DNA of 60,051 bases from a virus (lineage: Duplodnaviria > Caudoviricetes), in the IMG/VR virus record IMGVR_UViG_3300046812_000237, positions 1-60,051 of that record; one strand, 5' to 3'. Position 1 is the first letter of the stretch; every line of letters starts with the position of its first letter. This document shows, piece after piece, positions 39,604 to 48,589 of this stretch. Made by a program: the position numbers and the translations under genes. The notes under the pieces are model-generated. The model made no database searches. It was not told the DNA's origin and worked only from the letters and a program-made list of their open reading frames with translations.

Positions 39604-40027
39604 TCCAGCCTTTCATAAAGCGGGCAAAGCGCTCGGCTTCTGGCTCGCGCCGGTCGAGGTGGTCGATCACGGGAGCGCCGTTTCCGTTATTGAAGTGCAT
39701 GGCTTCGCAGCGCACCCCGTTGTCCTTCTCGAACCGTTCCACTTCGCGCAGGCTCCGCATGGTGACGCGCTCGCAGCCCTTCGGCGTCGGCGCATCGTTG
39801 CGGCCCGGGTATGAGATCGAACCGTCCGGCTTGCGGAACACCACGACGGCGTCCCGGTCGCTCCATCCGGCGTTGCGCGGCTTCGGGAGGATGACCTCGA
39901 CCATCTCGCCCATGCACTCGCCGAGGTCCCCGAAATGGACGACGCGGTCGGGGCGGCGCATGACGAACAGGTCACGCACCACGCTGCCGCACTTTTCACA
40001 TTCGAGGTCGAGCATCCTAGGAGGCAA
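39596..40027 (-). CDS. zinc-ribbon (FmdB-like) protein
   Basis: DLECEKCG near N-terminus; pre-portal position; TTG start inferred from GGAG. Confidence 0.5.
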   Translation of the reverse strand: MPPRMLDLECEKCGSVVRDLFVMRRPDRVVHFGDLGECMGEMVEVILPKPRNAGWSDRDAVVVFRKPDGSISYPGRNDAPTPKGCERVTMRSLREVERFEKDNGVRCEAMHFNNGNGAPVIDHLDRREPEAERFARFMKGWNG

Positions 40028-40191
40028 AGATAGTCTCCACTCGATACCCTGCACCTGGAGGTTTGGCGTGCACGGCGCACATGGGAATCCATTTCCCATG
40101 AAGGTCATCTGGGTATATGCGGACCGTAGCTGGTTTCCCACACGCCGTCTCAGCGTGTCCCTCGAACACTCGGCACTTTTCTTCCATTCGG

Positions 40192-40464
40192 CTACCCTTG
40201 GCCCTTGAGGTTGTTGGTCGGACCGATGGCGCTTTCGCCAGGCGACTTGTAAATACGGTTCTTGGGCGGTCCGGAAGTGTCGACTTCAGATTCCACGATC
40301 GTTGCCGGGCCGCCCTCGCCGATGATCTTCTGGTAGGGCAGGCCAGTCATGTTCGCGTAGTCGATGTCGCGCCCCTGCCGGTCCATCATCTCGTCGCGGC
40401 TTTCCGGCCGTTCTGTCTGCTCCGGAAACGGTGCTGACGGTCCCGCTATCGTGATTTTTGCCAT
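40192..40464 (-). CDS. hypothetical protein
   Basis: AGGAGG RBS. Confidence 0.6.
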   Translation of the reverse strand: MAKITIAGPSAPFPEQTERPESRDEMMDRQGRDIDYANMTGLPYQKIIGEGGPATIVESEVDTSGPPKNRIYKSPGESAIGPTNNLKGQG

Positions 40465-40476
40465 TAGAGCCTCCTG

Positions 40477-40740
40477 TTACTTGTGCGCGCCGCGCGATTT
40501 GCTCTGCTGCTTGTGCGTCAGAACCTTTTCGCCTTGGTGGACCTTGGCGAGGCCGGTCTTGCGAACTTTTCCCCCGCGCTTGTAGGAGGATGGACTCGCC
40601 ATCTTGTCGGCGCGGGAATTTAGCTTATTGAGTGCGTTTTTCATGTACTCCGGGTCTTTGTTTCCTACCCGTGTGCCCGCAACCGCATCTACGGCGCGCT
40701 TGAGCGTCTTAGAACCTACCAGCGTATCGTTGTCTGCCAT
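40477..40740 (-). CDS. small basic protein
   Basis: SYKRGGKVRKTGLAKVHQGEKVL. Confidence 0.6.
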   Translation of the reverse strand: MADNDTLVGSKTLKRAVDAVAGTRVGNKDPEYMKNALNKLNSRADKMASPSSYKRGGKVRKTGLAKVHQGEKVLTHKQQSKSRGAHK

Positions 40741-40752
40741 GTTCCCCCCCCC

Positions 40753-41154
40753 CTATCGAAGTCCGCACGTGCGCTCTAACCCAATGATGGCCTCGCGTGC
40801 CAGCCAGGTCGCAGTGTCGACGCGTTCCGCCGTCGCCCGAGCCGCGCAGCGTTTGAGCAAGGTCTGCTCGATCGGCACGGGAGTCTCGGCGAGTTTCAGC
40901 GTGACCGCCTGGCGGAATATCTCGAGCAGTTCCTTCGGCGTGTTGAAGTTGCGGCCGAGGAGTTGCATCAGTTCGTGCCGGTGCTCGTCCTTCAGGTAGA
41001 CGCCGTGGGTCGCGTCGAAGTCGATCGTTTCAGACAAGCGCCGGGTCAGGTATTCTCCGAGGTCCGCCCCGTGCGCCTGAATCTCGTAGCGTTGCGCGAG
41101 TTCCTCCGGCAGGTTGATCCGGACCACCACTTCCCGTGTTGTAGTCGCCCCCAT
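40753..41154 (-). CDS. hypothetical protein, possibly ribbon-helix-helix-like
   Basis: VRINLPEELAQRY; GAGG RBS. Confidence 0.5.
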   Translation of the reverse strand: MGATTTREVVVRINLPEELAQRYEIQAHGADLGEYLTRRLSETIDFDATHGVYLKDEHRHELMQLLGRNFNTPKELLEIFRQAVTLKLAETPVPIEQTLLKRCAARATAERVDTATWLAREAIIGLERTCGLR

Positions 41155-41541
41155 AACCTCGCCTTTCCGTTTGGACAGTAGCATGAGTGTTGAGCAAAAA
41201 GTCTATTCCATTCGCTATCGGTCCGTCGGGACCGAACAGGAAAATCCGCGTTTGAGGGAAGTTGCGAACAGCGAAGCCAGCAATATCTCCAAGCGGTGTC
41301 CGGTTACCCCCGTCGTAGAGCAGCACCAGGTGCGGACAGAACGGAATAATTCGCCAGGGTCGGCCCTGCCACTTCGCCCACTTGGTCCTGATGCCGATTC
41401 CCAACGCCTCGCGCTCGGCCACGTTGCAGGCAATCACGTCGGCGGTGAGCACCAGCGAGAAGCGCATCTTGTCAATCGCGCGGACAAAGCGGCGGACAAA
41501 TTCGAGGTTGGCGTACTCGAGCCCGGAAACGAGCCCGATGT

Positions 41542-42384
41542 TCACCAGCCCTGTAGCTGTGACATTCGTTCGTTCCATGAGCTTGTCATCTCCTCGACGT
41601 CCATGTCGCACTCCTGCCCCTCGATCACTTCTGCCGGCTGTACGACACGCGACTCGTTATCCATCTCGGTCACACCGGTTGACCATCCGTGCGCCAGCCA
41701 CATGCACAGAAGCATAGAAAACACACGGTCGTCGTGCCGTCCGTGCCGGGCCTCACCGATCGCTGTGAAGGCGTCGGCCATGCAATCGGCCATCTCCTCG
41801 ATGAGGTGCTTCGAGTGGATGCGAACCCGCTGGTTATGAATGTGGTGCGCGCCGCGCATCCACAGGTCTTTATTGGCCGAGCGCGAGGAGTACCAGCCAA
41901 TCTTGTTGCCGCGGCCGGCCGCGCGCGGGCTCATCTCGCCGCCGTAGTAGTGCCAGAGGAACTGGTTGGTGTAACCGTAACGGTCAATCAGTTCGCGAAT
42001 GGTGACTGCGCCGGGCCCGGTAGCCTCGACAATCATCTCGGCCATGCCGTCGTCGGAGTTGCCTTTGTAGAGCCGGCCGATGGCGTTGAGGATGGGAGCA
42101 AACTCGACGGCGTCCACCGGCGCCGCAAACTCGGCGACCTGCACGTCCTGCAGCTTGCCCTTGCGGAGCACCTGGCAAGCGGCATTGTCAATTTCGAGGT
42201 CGTCGTCGGTGCGGTTCCACCGCGACCAGCCAGTCTTGCCCACGGTCGGGTCGCCAGAGATGAAGTACTGCGCGTTGGGCTTGGGCTCCTCGAACATGAA
42301 CAAAATCCCGCGTGGATCCATGTCCACTTCGTTCGTGGGAAGCGGCTGGATCTGATTGCGTCCGATGACCCAGGACTGGCTCAT
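41542..42384 (-). CDS. terL: terminase large subunit, nuclease domain (separate ORF)
   Basis: FEEP..YFISGDPTVG, DNAACQV, IVEATGPG, HDDRVFS. Confidence 0.85.
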   Translation of the reverse strand: MSQSWVIGRNQIQPLPTNEVDMDPRGILFMFEEPKPNAQYFISGDPTVGKTGWSRWNRTDDDLEIDNAACQVLRKGKLQDVQVAEFAAPVDAVEFAPILNAIGRLYKGNSDDGMAEMIVEATGPGAVTIRELIDRYGYTNQFLWHYYGGEMSPRAAGRGNKIGWYSSRSANKDLWMRGAHHIHNQRVRIHSKHLIEEMADCMADAFTAIGEARHGRHDDRVFSMLLCMWLAHGWSTGVTEMDNESRVVQPAEVIEGQECDMDVEEMTSSWNERMSQLQGW

Positions 42385-43592
42385 GCCGCGGTTTCCGTTT
42401 CCGCGATCTGATAGGCCTCGCCGTCCCGGGCTCCGAGGCGCAGGTGCTCTAGGGTTTCGTAACTGAAGGCGCTGCGCGTCGTATGCTGGAAACTTTCATC
42501 CGGCGTCGCGGCGTAGTTCGAGAAGAAGATATTCAGCGAGTTGGACTCCTGGTACTCACGGCGCGTGGTCTCCCACCAGTGCAGTTTCGAGCGCGAGAGC
42601 ATGATCTGCTTGCCGTTGCAGAACTCCGGCGAGGTTTCGAACACGTGCTGCGCGTACTTCATGGAGAGTTCGGCCGGCACCCATCCTTCCGGAGGCGTGC
42701 GGTTGTATTTCTCCCGCTCGACGTACCACGGAATGAACAGGAACTTCCAGCGACCGAGGCCCTTGCGGGTGCGGCTGACGAACTTGTTCCACCAGTCGCC
42801 GCGGCCCTGTGCCGTCGTTTCGAGAACGTGCAGCGCGAGCGAACTCTGCGGAATCGTGGGGAAGTAGTTGTGCTCGATCTCGAGCGGATGCGGCCAGGAG
42901 GCGACCTCGGTGATGTGGCCGATGTCCATGGTGCGGCCCTGCGCGACGCCGAATTTCTGGTTGCCGGTCTGGTAGATGATCCGGGAGCCGAGGCCCTTGA
43001 AGAATAGGTGAGCGGCCTTTTCGTCGAAGCCGATTTCCGGCTGCATCCACCACGGCAGGTTGTCGTAGATGGTCTTGTCGCGGTCATACATCTCGAGAAT
43101 CTTGTCATCGTCCAGCGATGCGGCCACGCCGCGCAGATGCTCGGTGGTAATCATCCGGTGCATGTCGAGAGCACGGACCACCATCGTCGCGCCCATCTGC
43201 CGGTCCTTGTGGAGGGCAATCAGGATGCCGTCGACCGGCTCATTGCGATCGAGGCGCTCGAGCATGTCTTCCTCGAGCTCGGCAATCTTGCGAAGGAGAA
43301 TCAACTGTGATTCCCACGGGGTGACCTTGCCGAGACCGCCCTTGTCGTGGATGCAGTAGCAGTAGTTGCGGAACCAGTGGTGGAAGTCGACTTTGATGAG
43401 CCGGCGTTCGTTGGTCACGAAGCGCTGTTCTTCCGGCGTGAGCGGGCGCGTGGGATTGCCCTTGGGGTCGAGGATGTCCTGCAAGGTCTGGCACATCTCC
43501 TCGATGTACTTCCCGTCGTAGCGCTCGATCTTGCAGTTGAACGCTGCCTCGAGTTGCCCCTGCCGGCGATCAATGCCTATGTCGCTATACAT
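42381..43592 (-). CDS. terL: terminase large subunit, ATPase domain (separate ORF)
   Basis: WESQ, KDRQMGAT (Walker A-like), GRT, HITEVASW (Walker B), LETTAQG, FLFIPWY. Confidence 0.88.
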   Translation of the reverse strand: MYSDIGIDRRQGQLEAAFNCKIERYDGKYIEEMCQTLQDILDPKGNPTRPLTPEEQRFVTNERRLIKVDFHHWFRNYCYCIHDKGGLGKVTPWESQLILLRKIAELEEDMLERLDRNEPVDGILIALHKDRQMGATMVVRALDMHRMITTEHLRGVAASLDDDKILEMYDRDKTIYDNLPWWMQPEIGFDEKAAHLFFKGLGSRIIYQTGNQKFGVAQGRTMDIGHITEVASWPHPLEIEHNYFPTIPQSSLALHVLETTAQGRGDWWNKFVSRTRKGLGRWKFLFIPWYVEREKYNRTPPEGWVPAELSMKYAQHVFETSPEFCNGKQIMLSRSKLHWWETTRREYQESNSLNIFFSNYAATPDESFQHTTRSAFSYETLEHLRLGARDGEAYQIAETETAA

Positions 43593-43845
43593 CCGGGACC
43601 GCGCCCTCGCCGGGATGGACAGGCGCTTCCTCCTGGCCAAGCAGAATCTCGAGTTCTTTGCGGACCTCGGCGTTGTCGTCGGTGTAACTCACGAAGGTCT
43701 TGTCGCGTTCATCCGGCGCGGCAGGCTCTTTCAGAGTGAGGCCGTAGCGCTCTTTGGCGATCGTTTCCAAGACATGCGCGATCCGGGCGAGCAGTCGGTT
43801 TGTTTGCTTCATCTCCGGACTGACGTTGAAGGTGAGGAATCCCAT
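43585..43845 (-). CDS. hypothetical protein
   Basis: TAATG-coupled ORF between the terS candidate and terL. Confidence 0.5.
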   Translation of the reverse strand: MGFLTFNVSPEMKQTNRLLARIAHVLETIAKERYGLTLKEPAAPDERDKTFVSYTDDNAEVRKELEILLGQEEAPVHPGEGAVPDV

Positions 43846-44483
43846 TAGACGTTCTTCACGGGGCGGACGTCGAGGATCTTGCCCATGCCGCCCATTTCCA
43901 TTTCTACCGATGGCAGTTCGCCTGGCACCTGGCCGACGTTCACATTGAACAAGGGACTCTTGCGGTTTGTCAGGCCAACAGTTTCGAACACGATCTTCTG
44001 CGCGCTGATGTCGCCTTGCTGAAGAATCTTTCCGGTGCCGCTGCACTCGTGGCAACTGCGGTACACGGTTGGCTGGCCTCGTTTGGTGTTGCGTCGGTCT
44101 ATCACCTCGCCAGTGCCCTTGCAGTTCTGGCAGGCCGCTTCCCGGTTACAGGCGTTGGTGGCGACCGAGGCCATGGCGTCGGGGACCTTCTCGCTCATCC
44201 GCAGGATACCGAGCGAGACACGCGCCTGCGAGACGGCCCGGAGCAGTTCCGCGAAGGACAGGTCGCACATCTGCGCCAGTTTGGCGAGCGATCGACGCTG
44301 GATTGCCTTGTCCGGACTCAGCAACAGTCCTACAAACCGGATCACGCGCTCATCGTCAGACACTCCGAGAACCTCGCCGAGGTTTTCCCTGGTGGCGTGA
44401 TCTTCGAGGGCCTTGAATGATTTATCGTGACGAGGTTGGGACTGCCGGGCTAACTGCCCGCTGCCGGTGTTCTGATTCGGCAT
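43845..44483 (-). CDS. putative terminase small subunit with DnaJ-type CxxCxGxG zinc finger
   Basis: CQNCKGTG..CHECSGTG; first gene after a promoter, upstream of terL. Confidence 0.5.
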   Translation of the reverse strand: MPNQNTGSGQLARQSQPRHDKSFKALEDHATRENLGEVLGVSDDERVIRFVGLLLSPDKAIQRRSLAKLAQMCDLSFAELLRAVSQARVSLGILRMSEKVPDAMASVATNACNREAACQNCKGTGEVIDRRNTKRGQPTVYRSCHECSGTGKILQQGDISAQKIVFETVGLTNRKSPLFNVNVGQVPGELPSVEMEMGGMGKILDVRPVKNV

Positions 44484-44490
44484 CGCTCGC

Positions 44491-44520
44491 AGTGTGGGGC
44501 CAAGTACTAGTACCCGTCAA
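44491..44520 (-). promoter_or_regulatory. late-operon promoter with an operator palindrome in the spacer
   Basis: TTGACG-N18-CACACT, 7 nt before ATG 44483; GTACTAGTAC at 44504-44513. Confidence 0.6.
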
Positions 44521-44524
44521 TGGT

Positions 44525-44929
44525 TTACTTGCCTGCGGGCGTGGGCGGTGGGTTCCACGACATGCTATGAGTGATCTTCGCGAGAGAAACATGGACTTCG
44601 ATGACGTCGTTTGGGTTGGGCGCGCCCATGGCTCCGACGGGGACGTCCTTCACTGCGCCGATGACATCGGTAACGGACAGCACGACTGCCTCGGATAGGC
44701 CTTTTATTTTCTGCCTGTAGAATGTGGTGATGATGGCCTGATCGGCGCCGTTGGTGTCGCGCAGCACCACGATGGTCTTGCCTGGTTGCGGGACGATCTC
44801 GGCCCACGGCTTCTCGAGCGCGTTTGGTGGAGGAGCAGAGCCTTGTGCAAACAGGTGGTTGATGTCCTGCATAGCACTTGCGCTTATAAGCAACGCTCCG
44901 CACAGCACTAGCCACATTGGTATCTTCAT
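44525..44929 (-). CDS. exported or membrane hypothetical protein
   Basis: MKIPMWLVLCGALLISASA signal-like N-terminus. Confidence 0.55.
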   Translation of the reverse strand: MKIPMWLVLCGALLISASAMQDINHLFAQGSAPPPNALEKPWAEIVPQPGKTIVVLRDTNGADQAIITTFYRQKIKGLSEAVVLSVTDVIGAVKDVPVGAMGAPNPNDVIEVHVSLAKITHSMSWNPPPTPAGK

Positions 44930-45219
44930 CGGAGCACCTTTATTTTCTTCATGGTTGCAGGGCGCGGCAGGTAGCCGGACTGCTTTTCCCATCTTACGAT
45001 GGTGCGATGATTCACGCCGAGCAGGTCTGCGAGTTTCCGCTGTGACAGGCCGCGCTTTTTGCGGAGAGCGACCAGCATCTCGGACAGGCGCCGGTAGTCG
45101 TGCGGATGATCGAAACGCCGCTGGTGGGCGTTCTTGTCCCGCTCGAGGTTTTGTTGCCGGAGGGACAGAAACTTCCAACGCTTCTGTCCCTTCGGCCGCA
45201 CTGTGCTTTTCCGTTTCAC
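44926..45219 (-). CDS. XRE-family HTH regulator
   Basis: LRKKRGLSQRKLADLLGVNHRTIVRWE..P. Confidence 0.85.
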   Translation of the reverse strand: MKRKSTVRPKGQKRWKFLSLRQQNLERDKNAHQRRFDHPHDYRRLSEMLVALRKKRGLSQRKLADLLGVNHRTIVRWEKQSGYLPRPATMKKIKVLR

Positions 45220-45555
45220 TTAGGCCGAGGCCGCTTGGGCGTTTTCTTGCGGGGCGGCTTCACTTTTGGTTTCCGGCTGGTCAGCCTGAACCTCCACGGC
45301 ATCGCCGAGTTGTATTTCCTGCCCTGGCGCCAGTGTTTGAGCCGGTACGTGAAACGCGACCGTTTGTGGGGCGGGTGCCTTCGTGTCTTCCACCTGTGTC
45401 CTATAATTATCCCTGATGCTTTGTGCGATGGCCCGGAAGCCGTAGGCGGTAGCGTTCTTGATCTGCTCGAGATTGCTCTCGGTCGCCGCTGTCTTGTCTA
45501 AGCCGTCAGCCGTTTCTTCCAGAGTCCTGCAAAGTTCCAACGGATCGCTGTTCAT
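45220..45555 (-). CDS. hypothetical protein
   Basis: AAGGGG RBS, operon position. Confidence 0.55.
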   Translation of the reverse strand: MNSDPLELCRTLEETADGLDKTAATESNLEQIKNATAYGFRAIAQSIRDNYRTQVEDTKAPAPQTVAFHVPAQTLAPGQEIQLGDAVEVQADQPETKSEAAPQENAQAASA

Positions 45556-45557
45556 GC

Positions 45558-45941
45558 TTACCCCTTTCGGATGGAAAATAGTTTATCGAACACTGTCACG
45601 ATTTTGTCGATGGCGATGGTGTTGCTCCGGCCCGAGTTGTCCACGATGTCTTCGGGGATGAAGTGTAGCACCCGCCAACCGTACTCGATCGCGTCGTTGC
45701 CTTTCCTGATGTCCCGGATGTGGCCTGTGCCGGTGTGAGCGCCACCTTCGGGTCGCCAGATTCCTCCGTCGACTTCGATGCCGAGTTTGGACTCGGGCCA
45801 GGCGAAGTCTAGCGCCCATTTCCGTTTATCGTGGAAGTGGTGCTCCGGCATGGGTTCCGGGATCCACGGCGCCAAGTGTTTCAGTTGCCACGCGAGGGCG
45901 TCGACCGCGCTGGCCTTGTCGGGTTTGCTTTGTCGGGTCAC
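45558..45941 (-). CDS. PD-(D/E)xK nuclease (Vsr/DUF559-like)
   Basis: EHHFH..RKWALDFAWP..GIEVDGG..H..D..K.N.A..GWRVL. Confidence 0.85.
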   Translation of the reverse strand: MTRQSKPDKASAVDALAWQLKHLAPWIPEPMPEHHFHDKRKWALDFAWPESKLGIEVDGGIWRPEGGAHTGTGHIRDIRKGNDAIEYGWRVLHFIPEDIVDNSGRSNTIAIDKIVTVFDKLFSIRKG

Positions 45942-46141
45942 GACTTCCGGAACTTGTCCGCATCAGGGCAAGTCGACCAGTGCGGCTGCATCGTGCCAGC
46001 GTCGAGCGGCATGTGCTTCTGCTTGGGAGTGAGCCAGAACTCTATCTCCGCCTGGCAGCTACGGCAGCGCGCCTTGTTCTCGAAAGTGTAGCCGGCGGCT
46101 TTCAGATCGGTGTCGGTGTGGTAAGGCCAGCTTTCGGTCAC
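45938..46141 (-). CDS. small Zn-binding protein
   Basis: CRSCQAEIEF..MPLD..HWSTCP; GGAGG RBS plus GTG. Confidence 0.65.
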   Translation of the reverse strand: MTESWPYHTDTDLKAAGYTFENKARCRSCQAEIEFWLTPKQKHMPLDAGTMQPHWSTCPDADKFRKS

Positions 46142-46158
46142 GATGCCCTCCGCGGTAG

Positions 46159-46240
46159 GCGGGAGACGTGCCGCACCGGCCCAAACCCAAATCGTCAAGG
46201 GTAGCGGACCCTTGCGATTATCGGCACGTCGTCTCCCGCG
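46159..46240 (-). ncRNA. putative structured RNA or 5' leader
   Basis: Nested inverted repeats directly downstream of TTGACT-N17-TAGAGT. Confidence 0.45.
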
Positions 46241-46247
46241 AGGCAGG

Positions 46248-46276
46248 ACTCTACGCTGGCGACATCGCAAAGTCAA
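46248..46276 (-). promoter_or_regulatory. sigma70-type promoter
   Basis: TTGACT-N17-TAGAGT. Confidence 0.6.
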
Positions 46277-46425
46277 TCATTGTATCGGATCGTGAATGAA
46301 CAGAAGCGGCTGGAAGTCATCGCGCCATGGGTGACAGGGGCAGTCGGCGCTTGGCCGGTGCGGGAAGTAGGGCTTGCCGTCAGCGTCAACGGGCATGACG
46401 TGCACCTCGGAGGTGGTCTCGGAGG

Positions 46426-47004
46426 TTAGCATCCCGTACTTCTGACTGGCGCGTTGGTCGGTCTCGGCTCGCACGTGCCGAGGTTATAGTCCTCGACTAT
46501 CCGGTGTCCAAGCCATTCGGTAATTTGCGGGACGGCCGCGTTTGCCAATGCTGCGACTTCGATATTCCCTCCACCATCGCCCACTGTGCCGGAAACCCCA
46601 TCAACCACTCGACAAACGCCGGGTTCGGATAGCCAATGAGTTCCCGGGACAGGCTTCGTCCGTAAGACGAACCGCCCTTTGTCTTGGCATCCCGAACGGT
46701 CGGGGTAGCAAACGATGAAGACCCTGTCCCTCTCGTGAGGGGCACCAAAGGCGCACGCCGGTAGGCAATCCCATTCCGCGTCATACCCGCTCTCGGCCAG
46801 GTCTCCAAGTACCGTCCCCATCCCTCGACCAAGCAACGCTGCCACGTTCTCCACGACGACGTAGAGCGGTCGTACCAAGCGAACGGCACGCACCATTGAC
46901 CGCCACAGTCCGGAACGGGCTCCGGCAAGACCGGCGCGCTGGCCTGCGTTACTGACGTCCTGGCAGGGGAATCCACCGCTGATAACTCCGACTCGGGGAA
47001 GCAT
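46426..47004 (-). CDS. C5-cytosine DNA methyltransferase, catalytic-frame polypeptide (motifs IV-VIII and X)
   Basis: GGFPCQD, ENV, GY..W, GAPHERDRVF, ALANAAVPQ; ATG 47004 preceded by GGAG. Confidence 0.75.
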   Translation of the reverse strand: MLPRVGVISGGFPCQDVSNAGQRAGLAGARSGLWRSMVRAVRLVRPLYVVVENVAALLGRGMGTVLGDLAESGYDAEWDCLPACAFGAPHERDRVFIVCYPDRSGCQDKGRFVLRTKPVPGTHWLSEPGVCRVVDGVSGTVGDGGGNIEVAALANAAVPQITEWLGHRIVEDYNLGTCEPRPTNAPVRSTGC

Positions 47005-47168
47005 AGGTCGATGTCTCCATGAATTTCGGTGTGCGGGAAGTGCCGGGCGAGCACGCGCTTGCAGAACTCCTCGATCTCGACGGCCCATTTCGTAACGATG
47101 CCGGCGCGCTCGAACCCTAAATCAAAGCCACCCAAACCGGCAAAAAGCGATCCGTGCGTGAGACTCAC
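46497..47168 (-). CDS. C5-cytosine DNA methyltransferase, second polypeptide (motifs I-III fused to a motif IX frame)
   Basis: SLFAGLGGFDLG, VEI, HGDI, then ETWPRAGMTRNG..NPAFVEWLMGFP. Confidence 0.7.
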   Translation of the reverse strand: MSLTHGSLFAGLGGFDLGFERAGIVTKWAVEIEEFCKRVLARHFPHTEIHGDIDLCFPESELSAVDSPARTSVTQASAPVLPEPVPDCGGQWCVPFAWYDRSTSSWRTWQRCLVEGWGRYLETWPRAGMTRNGIAYRRAPLVPLTRGTGSSSFATPTVRDAKTKGGSSYGRSLSRELIGYPNPAFVEWLMGFPAQWAMVEGISKSQHWQTRPSRKLPNGLDTG

Positions 47169-47476
47169 AGTCCGCGCAGTTTCTTGAGGGCGGCTTCGGC
47201 CTCGGAACTTTTCGCCCAGGCTTCGGCTTCATCGGCCGTGTCGTCCCACTCGCCGCGCATGACCGCCTGCGCGATGGCGTGAGCTCTCTGGCAGACGCCG
47301 GCGGAGATGTTGCCGTTCTTGTAAATCTTGGAGAGTGCGCCGATAAGTTCGAGTTTCGGTAACTCGTGCTCGCTCTCGAAGTCGGAGAACTCGCCAGTCG
47401 CGGCGCGATCGGCAAGCGAGCCAAGGCCGGCGGCGCGCAGGGCGTTTGCCAGAAGTGCTTTCGTCGGTTCGCTCAT
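47165..47476 (-). CDS. hypothetical protein
   Basis: GGAGG RBS, coupled ORF. Confidence 0.6.
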   Translation of the reverse strand: MSEPTKALLANALRAAGLGSLADRAATGEFSDFESEHELPKLELIGALSKIYKNGNISAGVCQRAHAIAQAVMRGEWDDTADEAEAWAKSSEAEAALKKLRGL

Positions 47477-47694
47477 GCCGCAGTTCCTCCCAGTATCACG
47501 GGCTTGCGATCGGTGCCGGCGGTGAACTGGTTGCCGCAGCGCCGGCAGGAGACGGTGCAACCGAGCCACGCAGTCGGCACTTCACCCGTCGCTCCGCAGC
47601 TCCAACACTTCACCGGCAGGCGCAGGTAGCAGGGGTGTGCCGTCATCTCACTCACGTTCACCTCCCGCGCACGCGGTTCAGTCTGGGTAGTCAT
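47473..47694 (-). CDS. zinc-ribbon protein
   Basis: CWSCG..CRRCGNQF. Confidence 0.55.
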   Translation of the reverse strand: MTTQTEPRAREVNVSEMTAHPCYLRLPVKCWSCGATGEVPTAWLGCTVSCRRCGNQFTAGTDRKPVILGGTAA

Positions 47695-47791
47695 AGCCGA
47701 TACTGCCTCCCCTCTTGAATCAAATCTCCAATTACGCAGAATGCCGTACCGATCAGAAGAAATGGAACGCCCAGCCACCAGCGTAGGGCGC

Positions 47792-48589
47792 TCATGGCTT
47801 CCACTCCACCAGGGGCATCCAGTGAATGGCTTCACTGATCGTATAATCTAGATTTCTAGCTATGCGCTCGTCCGCCTCCCGTTGCTGCCTCGCCCCCTCC
47901 GTGAAGACGGCTTGCAGATCAGCCTTAGCTTCAATCTCACATTCATGGCAAGGACGCTCTGCATATTCACCATGGGGACAACGTTTGTATGTGATTGGCT
48001 CACTCACTTTTGGCTCCTGGCTGCGATTGCGGCATCTGCTTCCGCGTCCTTGTTTCGAGTCTTGGCTACGACGGCATCCTCAACTAGAAACATTTCGTTG
48101 TAGCGGTCACAGTGAGGGCAGTCGAAGTACACAATTGCTTCTGGATTCATCGCACGCAGGACTTCAATGGCTTCACGAACTTTCACCCCCTGCCTCCCTT
48201 CGCGGATTCAACAACATGCCTGCTACCTATATGGCTCTCCCCTAGCAGGCGTCGGGGAGCCTCATTATTCTGAGGTGGAATTGACTGCATTTCGCGGCTC
48301 TGCTGTTGTGGCGCATCCCATGTAAGTAAACCCACTAACAGCAGCAAGATACTTGCGGCGTAAACAGTCATCCAACTCAGACGTTTTGTTATCAAGTGAC
48401 ACCTCCTCCCTTCGCGGATTCGATGCCCTCGGCTATCAATGCTCTTTGGGCTTCATTATATGGGCAACTTTGGCGGTGATCGTCATCCGCATGGTTGTGG
48501 CAAAATATGCAATATCCTGAGCCATTTCGCACTTTTGGAATGATACTAAGCGCCCATTCAAGATGTTTCGCCAGAGGATTGCGGATCAT
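47792..48589 (-). other. run of four short coupled hypothetical ORFs (47792-48007, 48004-48186, 48183-48395, 48392-48589) in lower-GC DNA
   Basis: 4-bp start/stop overlaps, strong RBSs, visibly more AT-rich. Confidence 0.55.

Noticed and set aside
41030-41611. ORF after the terminase nuclease as a SLOG/YspA-like protein
   Set aside because: Probably coding, but the resemblance is too weak to name and its 3' end overlaps the next gene by about 125 bp.
15607-43007. Long + strand ORFs opposite structural genes (e.g. 18019-19104, 26439-27710, 29901-31082, 38008-39384)
   Set aside because: Antisense shadows typical of high-GC coding DNA; no motifs, and fully overlapped by recognisable - strand genes.
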